Assembly (NCBI GenBank): GCA_964016885.1
Contig: OZ024742.1
Span: 184,946,001 to 185,010,000 of the forward strand
DNA length: 64,000 bases
Direction of reading: 5' to 3'
Source of the DNA: Eledone cirrhosa
Taxonomy: Eukaryota
The notes below the pieces were generated by a model. That model made no database searches, was not told where the DNA came from, and saw nothing but the letters and a program-made list of their open reading frames with translations. The position numbers and the translations under genes were made by a program. Numbering within the stretch: the first letter of the stretch is position 1; every line of letters starts with the position of its first letter. Of the stretch, positions 1-11,700 are shown in pieces.

Positions 1-3000
1 AGTTAAGTTGGCGTTAATTTAAGTTGGGGTTAAGTTAAGTTGGGGCTGAGTTAAGTTGGGGTTAAGTTAAGTTGGGGTTGAGTTAAGTTGGGGTTAAGTT
101 AAGTTGGGGTTAAGTTAAGTCGGGGTTAAGTTAAGTTGGGGTTAAGTTAAGTTGGGGTTAAGTTAAGTTGGGGTTAAGTTAAGTTGGGGTTAAGTTAAGT
201 TGGGGTTAAGATAAGTTGGGGTTAAGTTAAGTTGGGGTTGAGTTAAGTTGGGGTTGAGTTAATTTGGGGTTAAGTTAAGTTGGGGTTAAGTTAAGTTGGG
301 GTTAAGTTAAGTTGGGGTTAAGTTAAGTTGGGGTTAAGATAAGTTGGGGTTAAGTTAAGTTGGGGTTGAGTTAAGTTGGGGTTGAGTTAAGTTGGGGTTA
401 AGTTAAGTTGGGGTTAATTTAAGTTGGGGTTAAGTTAAGTTGGGGCTGAGTTAAGTTGGGGTTAAGTTAAGTTGGGGTTGAGTTAAGTTGGGGTTAAGTT
501 AAGTTGGGGTTAAGTTAAGTCGGGGTTACGTTAAGTTGGGGTTAAGTTAAGTTGGGGTTAAGTTAAGTTGGGGTTAAGTTAAGTTGGGGTTAACTTAAGT
601 CGGGGTTAAGTTAAGTTGGGGTTAAGTTAAGTTGGGGTCAAGTTAAGTTGGGGTTAAGTTGGGGTTATGTTAAGTTGGGGTTAAGTTAAGTTGGGGTTAA
701 GTTAAGTTGGGGTTAAGTTAAGTTGGGGTCAAGTTAAGTTGGGGTTAAGTTAAGTTGGGGTTAAGTTAAGTCGCGGTTAAGTTAAGTTGGGGTTAAGTTA
801 AGATGGGGTTAAGTTAAGTTGGGGTTAAGTTAAGTTGGGGTTAAGATAAGTTGGGGTTAAGTTAAGTTGGGGTTGAGTTAAGTTGGGGTTGAGTTAATTG
901 GGGTTAAGTTAAGTTGGGGTTAACTTAAGTTGGGTTTAAGTTAAGTTGGGGTTAAGTTAAGTTGGGGTTAAATTAAGTTGGGGTTAAGATAAGTTGGGGT
1001 TAAGTTAAGTCGGGGTTAAGTTAAGTCGGGGTTAAGTTAAGTTGGGGTTAAGTTAACTTGGTGTTAAGTTAAGTTGGGGCTCAGTTAAGTTGGGGTTGAG
1101 TTAAGTTGGGGTCAATTTAAGTTGGGACTAAGCTAAGTTGGGGTTAAGTTAAGTTGGGGTTAAGTTAAGTTGGCGCTAAGTTTAGTGAAGGTTAAGTTAA
1201 GTTGGGGTTGAGTTAAGTTTGGGTTAAGTTAAGTTGGGGTTAAGTTAAGTTAGGGTTAAGTTAAGCTTGGGTTAAGTTAAGTTGGGGTTGAGTTAATTTG
1301 GGGTTGAGTTAAGTTGGGGTTGAGTTAAGTTGGGGTTGAGTTAAGTTGGGGTTAAGTTAAGTTGGGGTTAAGTTAAGTTGGGGTTAAGTTAAGTTGGGGT
1401 CAATTTAAGTTGAGGTTAAGTTAACTTGGGATTAAGTTAAGTTGGGGTTAACTTAAATTGAGGTTAAGTTAAGTTGGGGTTAAGTTAAGTTGGGGGTAAG
1501 TTAAGTTGGGGGTAAGTTAAGTTTGGGTTAAGTTGGGGTTAAGTTAAGTTAGGGTTAAGTTACGTTGGGGTTGAGTTAAGTTGGGGTTAATTTAAATTGG
1601 GGTTAAGTTAACTTTGTGGTTCAGTTAAGTTGGGGTTAAGTTAAGTTGGGGCTTATTTAAGTTGGGGTTAAGTTAAGTTGTGGTTAAGTTAAGTTGGGGT
1701 TAAGTTAAGTTGGGGTTAAGTTAAGTTGGGGTTAAATTAAGCTGGGTTGAAGTTAAGTTGGGGTTAAGTTATGTTGGGGTTAAGTTAAGTTGGGGTTAAG
1801 TTAAGTTGGGGTTAAGTTAAGTCGGGGTTAAGTTAATTTGGGGTTCAGTTAAGTTGGGGTTAAGTTAAGTTGGGGCTTATTTAAGTTGGGGTTAAGTTAA
1901 GTTGTGGTTAAGTTAAGTTGGGGTTAAGTTAAGTCGGGGTTAAGTTAAGTCGGGGTTAAGTTAAGTTGTGGTTAAGTTAAGTTGGGGTTAAGTTAAGTTG
2001 GGGTTAAGTTAAGTTAGGGATAAGCTAAGTTGGCGTTAAGTTAAGTTGGGGTTAAGTTAAGTTGGGGTTAAGTTAAGTTGTGGTTAAGTTAAGTTGGGGC
2101 TGAGTTAAGTTGGGGTCAAGTTAAGTTGGGGTTGAGTTAAGTTGGGGTTAAGTTAACTTGGGGTTAATTTAAGTTGGGGTTAAGTCAAATTGGGTTTGAG
2201 TTAAGTTAGGGTTACGTTAAGTTGGGGTTAAGTTAAGTTGGGGTTAAGTTAAGTAGGGGTTAAGTTAAGTTGGGGTTAAATTAAGCTGGGTTTAAGTTAA
2301 GTTGGGGTTAAGTTAAGTTGGGGTAAAGTTAAGTTGGGGTTAAGTTAAGTTGAGGTTAAGTTAAGTTGGGGTTAAATTCAGTTGGGGTTAACTTAAGTTG
2401 GGGTTAAGTTAAGTTGGGGTTAAGTTAAGTTGAGTTTAAGTTAAGTTGGAGTTAATTTAAGTTGAGGTTAAGTTAAGTTGTGGTAAAGTTAAGTTGGGGT
2501 TAAGTTAATTTGGGGTTAAGTTAAGTTGGGGTTCAGTTAAGTTGGGGTTAAGTTAAGTAGGGGTTCAGTTGGGGTTAAATTAAGTTGGGGTTAAGTTAAG
2601 TTGGGGTTAAGTTAAGTTGGGGTTAAGTTAAGTTGGGGTTAAGTTAAGTTGGGGTTAAGTTAAGTTGGGGTTGAGTTAAGTTGGGGTTAAGTTAAGTCGG
2701 GGTTAAGTTAAGTTGGGGTTAAGTTAAGTTGGGGTTAAGTTAAGTTGGGGTTAAGTTAAGTTGGGGTTGAGTTAAGTTGGGGTTAAGTTAAGTTGGGTTT
2801 AAGTTAAGTTGGGGTTAAGTTAAGTTGGGGTTAAGTTAAGGTGGGGTTAAGTTAAGTTGGGGTTAAGTTAAGTCGGGGTTAAGTTAAGTTGGGGTTAAGT
2901 TAAGTTGGGGTTAAGTTAAGTTGGGGTTAAGTTAAGTTCGGGTTAAGATAAGTTGGGGTTAAGTTAAGTTGGGGTTGAGTTAAGTTGGGGTTGAGTTAAT

Positions 3001-5565
3001 TTGGGGTTAAGTTAAGTTGGGGTTAACTTAAGTTGGGGTTAAGTTAAGTTGGCGTTCAGTTAAGTTGCGGTTAAGTTAAGTTGGGGTTAACTTAAGTCGG
3101 GTTTAAGTTAAGTTGGGGTTAAGTTAAGTTGGGGTCAAGTTAAGTTGGGGTTAAGTTAAGTTGGGGTTAAGTTAAGTTGGGGTTAAGTTAAGTCGGGGTT
3201 AAGTTAAGTTGGGGTTAAGTTAAGTTGGGGTTAAGTTAAGTTGGGGTCAAGTTAAGTTGGGGTTAAGTTAAGTTGGGGTTAAGTTAAGTTGGGGTTAAGT
3301 TAAGTCGCGGTTAAGTTAAGTTGGGGTTAAGTTAAGATGGGGTTAAGTTAAGTTGTGGTTAAGTTAAGTTGGGGTTAAGATAAGTTGGGGTTAAGTTAAG
3401 TTGCGGTTGAGTTAAGTTGGGGTTGAGTTAATTGGGGTTAAGTTAAGTTGGGGTTAACTTAAGTTGGGTTTAAGTTAAGTTGGGGTTAAGTTAAGTTGGG
3501 GTTAAATTAAGTTGGGGTTATGATAAGTTGGGGTTAAGTTAAGTCGGGGTTAAGTTATGTCGGGGTTAAGTTAAGTTGGGGTTAAGTTAACTTGGTGTTA
3601 AGTTAAGTTGGGGTTCAGTTAAGTTGGGGTTGAGTTAAGTTGGGGGTCAAGTTAAGTTGGGGTTAAGCTAAGTTGGGGTTAAGTTAAGTTGGGGTTAAAT
3701 TAAGCTGGGTTTAAGTTAAGTTGGGGTTAAGTTAAGTTGGGGTTAAGTTAAGTTGGGGTTAAGTTAAGTTGAGGTTAAGTTAAGTTGGGGTTAAATTCAG
3801 TTGGGGTTAACTTAAGTTGGGGTTAAGTTAAGTTGGGGTTAAGTTAAGTTGAGTTTAAGTTAAGTTGGAGTTAATTTAAGTTGAGGTTAAGTTAAGTTGT
3901 GGTAAAGTTAAGTTGGGGTTAAGTTAAGTTGGGGTTAAGTTAAGTTGGGGTTCAGTTAAGTTGGGGTTAAGTTAAGTAGGGGTTCAGTTGGGGTTAAATT
4001 AAGTTGGGGTTAAGTTAAGTTGGGGTTAAGTTAAGTTGGGGTTAAGTTAAGTTGGGGTTAAGTTAAGTTGGGGTTAAGTTAAGTTGGGGTTGAGTTAAGT
4101 TGGGGTTAAGTTAAGTCGGGGTTAAGTTAAGTTGGGGTTAAGTTAAGTTGGGGTTAAGTTAAGTTGGGGTTAAGTTAAGTTGGGTTTAAGTTAAGTTGGG
4201 GTTAAGTTAAGTTGGGGTTAAGTTAAGGTGGGGTTAAGTTAAGTTGGGGTTAAGTTAAGTCGGGGTTAAGTTAAGTTGGGGTTAAGTTAAGTTGGGGTTA
4301 AGTTAAGTTGGGGTTAAGTTAAGTTCGGGTTAAGATAAGTTGGGGTTAAGTTAAGTTGGGGTTGAGTTAAGTTGGGGTTGAGTTAATTTGGGGTTAAGTT
4401 AAGTTGGGGTTAACTTAAGTTGGGGTTAAGTTAAGTTGGCGTTCAGTTAAGTTGCGGTTAAGTTAAGTTGGGGTTAACTTAAGTCGGGTTTAAGTTAAGT
4501 TGGGGTTAAGTTAAGTTGGGGTCAAGTTAAGTTGGGGTTAAGTTAAGTTGGGGTTAAGTTAAGTTGGGGTTAAGTTAAGTCGGGGTTAAGTTAAGTTGGG
4601 GTTAAGTTAAGTTGGGGTTAAGTTAAATTGGGGTCAAGTTAAGTTGGGGTTTAGTTAAGTTGGGGTTAAGTTAAGTTGGGGTTAAGTTAAGTCGCGGTTA
4701 AGTTAAGTTGGGGTTAAGTTAAGATGGGGTTAAGTTAAGTTGTGGTTAAGTTAAGTTGGGGTTAAGATAAGTTGGGGTTAAGTTAAGTTGCGGTTGAGTT
4801 AAGTTGGGGTTGAGTTAATTGGGGTTAAGTTAAGTTGGGGTTAACTTAAGTTGGGTTTAAGTTAAGTTGGGGTTAAGTTAAGTTGGGGTTAAATTAAGTT
4901 GGGGTTATGATAAGTTGGGGTTAAGTTAAGTCGGGGTTAAGTTATGTCGGGGTTAAGTTAAGTTGGGGTTAAGTTAACTTGGTGTTAAGTTAAGTTGGGG
5001 TTCAGTTAAGTTGGGGTTGAGTTAAGTTGGGGGTCAAGTTAAGTTGGGGTTAAGCTAAGTTGGGGTTAAGTTAAGTTGGGGTTAAGTTAAGTTGGGGTTA
5101 ATTTAAGTTTTGGTTAAGTTAAGTTGGGGTTAACTTAAGTTGGGGTTAAGTTAAGTTGGCGTTCAGTTAAGTTGCGGTTAAGTTAAGTTGGGGTTAACTT
5201 AAGTCGGGGTTAAGTTAAGTTGGGGTTAAGTTAAGTTGGGGTCAAGTTAAGTTGGGGTTAAGTTAAGTTGGGGTTGAGTTAAGTTGGGGTTAAGTTAAGT
5301 CGGGGTTAAGTTAAGTTGGGGTTAAGTTAAGTTGGGGTTAAGTTAAGTTGGGGTCAAGTTAAGTTGGGGTTAAGTTAAGTTGGGGTTAAGTTAAGTTGGG
5401 GTTAAGTTAAGTCGCGGTTAGTTAAGTTGGGGTTAAGTTAAGATGGGGTTAAGTTAAGTTGTGGTTAAGTTAAGTTGGGGTTAAGCTAAGTTGGGGTTAA
5501 GTTAAGTTGCGGTTGAGTTAAGTTAGGTTTGAGTTAATTGGGGTTAAGTTAAGTTGGGGCTAAGT
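1..5565 (+). repeat. Segmental duplication, copy A (partner ~20471-26067); left end at the window edge
   Basis: Rare variants match at offset 20470: agttaagttggcgttaattt 1/20471, cggggttacg 521/20991, tggcgctaagtttagtgaag 1171/21641. The offset becomes 20502 after a 32-bp indel (atttaagttttgg 5101/25603). Confidence 0.92.
2270..5090 (+). repeat. Tandem higher-order repeat, 2 copies, period 1,419 bp (second copy 32 bp shorter)
   Basis: The C of aaattaagCtgggttt is at 2286 and 3705 (offset 1419). The C of ttaagCtaag is at 3668 and 5055 (offset 1387). Intervening variants (aaattcag, gagttt, ggagtt, aagtagggg, ttcggg, tatgataag) occur in the same order. Confidence 0.88.
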
Positions 5566-5779
5566 TAAGTTGGGGTTATGTTAATTTGGGGTTAAGTTAA
5601 GTTGGGGTTAAGTTAAGTTGGGGTTATGTTAAGTTGGGGTTAAGTTAAGTTGAGGTTAACTTAAGTTGGGGTTAAGTTAAGTTGGGGTTAAGTTAAGTTG
5701 GGGCTAAGTTAAGTTGGGGCTAAGTTAAGTTGGGGTTAAGTTAAGTTAGGGTTAACTTAAGTTGGGGTTAAATTAAGTT

Positions 5780-8700
5780 GGGGTCAACGTAAGTTGGGGT
5801 TAAGTTAAGTTGGGGTTAAGTTAATTTGGGGGTAAGTTAAGTTGGGGTTAAGTTAAGTTGGGGTTAAGTTAAGTTGGGGTTAAGTTAAGTTGGGGCTGAG
5901 TTAAATTGGGGCTGTGTTAAGTTGGGGTTAAGTTAAGTTGGGGTTAAGTTAAGTTGGGGTTAAGTTAAGTTGGGGTTAAGTTGGGGTTAAATTAAGTTGG
6001 GGTTAATTTAAGTTGGGGTTAAGTTAAGTTGGGTTTAGGTTAAGTTGGGGTTGAGTTAAGTTGGGGTTAAGTTAAGTTGGGGTTAATTTAAGTTGGGGTT
6101 AAGTTAAGTTGGGGCTGAGTTAAGTTGGGGTTAAGTTAAGTTGGGGTTAAGTTAAGTTGGGGTTAAGTTAAGTTGGGGTCAAGTTAAGTTGGGGTTAAGT
6201 TAAGTTGGGGTTAAGATAAGTTGGGGTTAAGTTAAGTTGGGGTTGAGTTAAGTTGGGGTTGAGTTAATTTGGGGTTAAGTTAAGTTGGGGTTAACTTAAG
6301 TTGGGGTTCAGTTAAGTTGGCGTTCAGTTAAGTTGCGGTGAAGTTAAGTTGGGGTTAACTTAAGTCGGGGTTAAGTTAAGTTGGGGTTAAGTTAAGTTGG
6401 GGTGAAGTTAAGTTGGGGTTAAGTTAAGTTGGGGTTATGTTAAGTTGGCGTTCAGTTAAGTTGCGGTGAAGTTAAGTTGGGGTTAAATTAAGTCGGGGTT
6501 AAGTTAAGTTGGGGTTAAGTTAAGTTGGGGTCAAGTTAAGTTGGGGTTAAGTTAAGTTGGGGTTATGTTAAGTTGGGGTTAAGTTAAGTTGGGGTTAAGT
6601 TAAGTCGGGGTTAAGTTAAGTTGGGGTTAAGTTAATTGGGGGTAAGTTAAGTTTGGGTTAAGTTGGGGTTAAGTTAAGTTAGGGTTAAGTTACGTTGGGG
6701 TTGAGTTAAGTTGGGCTTAATTTAAATTGGGGTTAAGTTAACTTTGTGGTTAAGTTAAGTTGGGGTTAAGTTAAGTTGAGGTTAAGTTAATTTGAGGTTA
6801 AGTTAAGTTGGGGTTAAGTTAAGTTGGGGTTAAATTAAGCTGGGTTGAAGTTAAGTTGGGGTTAAGTTAAGTTGGGGTTAAGTTAAGTTGGGGTCAAGTT
6901 AAGTTGGGGTTAAGTTAAGTTAGGGTTAAGTTAAGCTTGGGTTAAATTAAGTTGGGGTTGAGTTAATTTGGGGTTGAGTTAAGTTGGGGTTAATTTAAAT
7001 TGGGGTTAAGTTAACTTTGTGGTTAAGTTAAGTTGGGGTTAAGTTAAGTTGAGGTTGAGTTAATTTGAGGTTAAGTTAAGTTGGGGTTAAGTTAAGTTGG
7101 GGTTAAATTAAGCTGGGTTGAAGTTAAGTTGGGGTTAAGTTAAGTTGGGGTTAAGTTAAGTTGGGGTTGAGTTAAGTTGGGGTTAAGTTAAGTTGGGTTT
7201 AAGTTAAGTTGGGGTTAAGTTAAGTTGGGGTTAAGTTAAGGTGGGGTTAAGTTAAGTTGGGGTTAAGTTAAGTCGGGGTTAAGTTAAGTTGGGGTTAAGT
7301 TAAGTTGGGGTTAAATTAAGTTGGGGTTAAGTTAAGTTGGGGTTAAGATAAGTTGGGGTTAAGTTAAGTTGGGGTTGAGTTAAGTTGGGGTTGAGTTAAT
7401 TTGGGGTTAAGTTAAGTTGGGGTTAACTTAAGTTGGGGTTAAGTTAAGTTGGCGTTCTGTTAAGTTGCGGTTAAGTTAAGTTGGGGTTAACTTAAGTCGG
7501 GGTTAAGTTAAGTTGGGGTTAAGTTAAGTTGGGGTCAGGTTAAGTCGGGGTTAAGTTAAGTTGGGGTTAAGTTAAGTTGGGGTTAAGTTAAGTCGGGGTT
7601 AAGTTAAGTTGGGGTTAAGTTAAGTTGGGGTTAAGTTAAGTTGGGGTCAAGTTAAGTTGGGGTTAAGTTAAGTTGGGGTTAAGTTAAGTTGGGGTTAAGT
7701 TAAGTCGCGGTTAGTTAAGTTGGGGTTAAGTTAAGATGGGGTTAAGTTAAGTTGTGGTTAAGTTAAGTTGGGGTTAAGATAAGTTGGGGTTAACTTAAGT
7801 TGCGGTTGAGTTAAGTTGGCGCTAAGTTAAGTGAAGGTTAAGTTAAGTTGGGGTTGAGTTAAGTTGGGGTTAATTTAAGTTGGGGTTGAGTTAAGTTGGG
7901 GTTGAGTTAAGTTGGGGTTGAGTTAAGTTGGGGTTACGTTAAGTTGGGGTTAAGTTAAGTTGGGGTTAAGTTAAGTTTAGGTTAACTTAAGTTGGGGTTA
8001 AGTTAAGTTGGGGTTAAGTTAAGTTGGGGCTAAGTTAAGTTGGGGCTAAGTTAAGTTGGGGCTAAGTTAAGTTGGGGTTAAGTTAAGGTGGGGTTTAGTT
8101 AAGTTGGGGTTGAGTTAAGTTGGGGTTGAGTTAAGTTGGGGTTAAGTTAAGTTGGGGTTAAGTTAAGTTAGGGTTAACTTAAGTTGGGGTTAAGTTAAGT
8201 TGGGGTTGAGTTAAGTTGGGGTTTAATTAAGTTGGGGTTGAGTTAAGTTGGGGTTGAGTTAAGTTGGGCTTGAGTTAAGTTGGGGTTGAGTTAAGTTGGG
8301 CTTATCTTAAGTTGGGGTTAATTTAAGATGGGGTTAAGTTAAGTTGGGGTTAAGTTAATTTGGGGTTAAGTTAAGTTGGGGTTAAGTTAAGTTGGGGTTA
8401 TGTTAAGTTGGGGTTAAGTTAAGTTGAGGTTAACTTAAGTTGGGGTTAAGTTAAGTTGGGGTTAAGTTAAGTTGGGGCTAAGTTAAGTTGGGGCTAAGTT
8501 AAGTTGGGGTTAAGTTAAGTTGGGGTTAAGTTAAGTTGGGGTCAACGTAAGTTGGGGTTAAGTTAAGTTGGGGTTAAGTTAATTTGGGGGTAAGTTAAGT
8601 TGGGGTTAATTTAAGTTGGGGTTAAGTTAAGTTGGGGTTAAGTTAAGTTGGGGCTGAGTTAAGTTGGGGCTGTGTTAAGTTGGGGTTAAGTTAAGTTGAG

Positions 8701-11700
8701 GTTAAGTTGGGGTTAAATTAAGTTGGGGTTAATTTAAGTTGGGGTTAAGTTAAGTTGGGTTTAGGTTAAGTTGGGGTTGAGTTAAGTTGGGGTTAAGTTA
8801 AGTTGGGGTTAATTTAAGTTGGGGTTAAGTTAAGTTGGGGCTGAGTTAAGTTGGGGTTAAGTTAAGTTGGGGTTGAGTTAAGTTGGGGTTAAGTTAAGTT
8901 GGGGTTAAGTTAAGTCGGGGTTAAGTTAAGTTGGGGTTAAGTTAAGTTGGGGTTAAGTTAAGTTGGGTTTAAGATAAGTTGGGGTTAAGTTAAGTTGGGG
9001 TTGAGTTAAGTTGGGGTTGAGTTAATTTGGGGTTAAGTTAAGTTGGGGTTAACTTAAGTTGGGGTTCAGTTAAGTTGGCGTTCAGTTAAGTTGCGGTGAA
9101 GTTAAGTTGGGGTTAACTTAAGTCGGGGTTAAGTTAAGTTGGGGTCAAGTTAAGTTGGGGTTAAGTTAAGTTGGGGTTATGTTAAGTTGGGGTTAAGTTA
9201 AGTTGGGGTTAAGTTAAGTCGGGGTTAAGTTAAGTTGGGGTTAAGTTAATTGGGGTTAAGTTAAGTTGGGGTCAAGTTAAGTTGGGGTTAAGTTTAGTTA
9301 GGGTTAAGTTAAGCTTGGGTTAAATTAAGTTGGGGTTGAGTTAATTTGGGGTTGAGTTAAGTTGGGGTTGAGTTAAGTTGGGGTTAAGTTAAGTTGGGGT
9401 TACCTTTTGTTGGGGTTAAGTTAAGTTGGGGTCAATTTAAGTTGAGGTTAAGTTAACTTGGGATTAAGTTAAGTTGGGGTTAACTTAAATTGAGGTTAAG
9501 TTAAGTTGGGGTTAAGTTAAGTTGGGGGTAAGTTAAGTTGGGGGTAAGTTAAGTTTGGGTTAAGTTGGGGTTAAGTTAAGTTAGGGTTAAGTTACGTTGG
9601 GGTTGAGTTAAGTTGGGGTTAATTTAAATTGGGGTTAAGTTAACTTTGTGGTTAAGTTAAGTTGGGGTTAAGTTAAGTTGAGGTTAAGTTAATTTGAGGT
9701 TAAGTTAAGTTGGGGTTAAGTTAAGTTGGGGTTAAATTAAGCTGGGTTGAAGTTAAGTTGGGGTTAAGTTAGTTGGGGTTAAGTTAAGTTGGGGTTGAGT
9801 TAAGTTGGGGTTAAGTTAAGTTGGGTTTAAGTTAAGTTGGGGTTAAGTTAAGTTGGGGTTAAGTTAAGGTGGGGTTAAGTTAAGTTGGGGTTAAGTTAAG
9901 TCGGGGTTAAGTTAAGTTGGGGTTAAGTTAAGTTGGGGTTAAATTAAGTTGGGGTTAAGTTAAGTTGGGGTTAAGATAAGTTGGGGTTAAGTTAAGTTGG
10001 GGTTGAGTTAAGTTGGGGTTGAGTTAATTTGGGGTTAAGTTAAGTTGGGGTTAACTTAAGTTGGGGTTAAGTTAAGTTGGCGTTCAGTTAAGTTGCGGTT
10101 AAGTTAAGTTGGGGTTAACTTAAGTCGGGGTTAAGTTAAGTTGGGGTTAAGTTAAGTTGGGGTCAAGTTAAGTTGGGGTTAAGTTAAGTTGGGGTTAAGT
10201 TAAGTTGGGGTTAAGTTAAGTCGGGGTTAAGTTAAGTTGGGGTTAAGTTAAGTTGGGGTTAAGTTAAGTTGGGGTCAAGTTAAGTTGGGGTTAAGTTAAG
10301 TTGGGGTTAAGTTAAGTTGGGGTTAAGTTAAGTCGCGGTTAGTTAAGTTGGGGTTAAGTTAAGATGGGGTTAAGTTAAGTTGTGGTTAAGTTAAGTTGGG
10401 GTTAAGATAAGTTGGGGTTAAGTTAAGTTGCGGTTGAGTTAAGTTAGGGTTGAGTTAATTGGGGTTAAGTTAAGTTGGGGCTAAGTTAAGTTGGGGCTAA
10501 GTTAAGTTGGGGCTAAGTTAAGTTGGGGTTAAGTTAAGGTGGGGTTTAGTTAAGTTGGGGTTGAGTTAAGTTGGGGTTGAGTTAAGTTGGGGTTAAGTTA
10601 AGTTGGGGTTAAGTTAAGTTAGGGTTAACTTAATTGGGGTTAAGTTAAGTTTAGGTTAACTTAAGTTGGGGTTAAGTTAAGTTGGGGTTAAGTTAAGTTG
10701 GGGCTAAGTTAAGTTGGGGCTAAGTTAAGTTGGGGCTAAGTTAAGTTGGGGTTAAGTTAAGGTGGGGTTTAGTTAAGTTGGGGTTGAGTTAAGTTGGGGT
10801 TGAGTTAAGTTAGGGTTAAGTTAAGTTGGGGTTAAGTTAAGTTAGGGTTAACTTAAGTTGGGGTTAAGTTAAGTTGGGGTTGAGTTAAGTTGGGGTTTAA
10901 TTAAGTTGGGGTTGAGTTAAGTTGGGGTTGAGTTAAGTTGGGCTTGAGTTAAGTTGGGGTTGAGTTAAGTTGGGCTTATCTTAAGTTGGGGTTAATTTAA
11001 GATGGGGTTAAGTTAAGTTGGGGTTAAGTTAATTTGGGGTTAAGTTAAGTTGGGGTTAAGTTAAGTTGGGGTTATGTTAAGTTGGGGTTAAGTTAAGTTG
11101 AGGTTAACTTAAGTTGGGGTTAAGTTAAGTTGGGGTTAAGTTAAGTTGGGGCTAAGTTAAGTTGGGGCTAAGTTAAGTTGGGGTTAAGTTAAGTTGGGGT
11201 TAAGTTAAGTTGGGGTCAACTTAAGTTGGGGCTAAATTAAGTTGGGGTTAAGTTAAGTTGGGGCTAAGTTAAGTTGGAGTTAAGTTAAGTTGGGGTTAAA
11301 TTAAGTTGGGGTCAACGTAAGTTGGGGTTAAGTTAAGTTGGGGTTAAGTTAATTTGGGGGTAAGTTAAGTTGGGGTTAAGTTAAGTTGGGGTTAAGTTAA
11401 GTTGGGGTTAAGTTAAGTTGGGGCTGAGTTAAATTGGGGCTGTGTTAAGTTGGGGTTAAGTTAAGTTGGGGTTAAGTTAAGTTGGGGTTAAGTTAAGTTG
11501 GGGTTAAGTTGGGGTTAAATTAAGTTGGGGTTAATTTAAGTTGGGGTTAAGTTAAGTTGGGTTTAGGTTAAGTTGGGGTTGAGTTAAGTTGGGGTTAAGT
11601 TAAGTTGGGGTTAATTTAAGTTGGGGTTAAGTTAAGTTGGGGCTGAGTTAAGTTGGGGTTAAGTTAAGTTGGGGTTAAGTTAAGTTGGGGTTAAGTTAAG

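Noticed and set aside
771-776. CpG-containing variants (TCGCGG, TCGGGG, GGCG) as a CENP-B box or regulatory motif
   Set aside because: I saw no match to the CENP-B box core (TTCG....A..CGGG) at these sites and the spacing is irregular. They are explained as point variants amplified by duplication.
1250-1255. TTAGGG hexamers (here and scattered elsewhere) as vertebrate-type telomere repeats
   Set aside because: They are isolated G>A variants of TTGGGG within the 16-mer, never tandem, and are propagated by block duplication.
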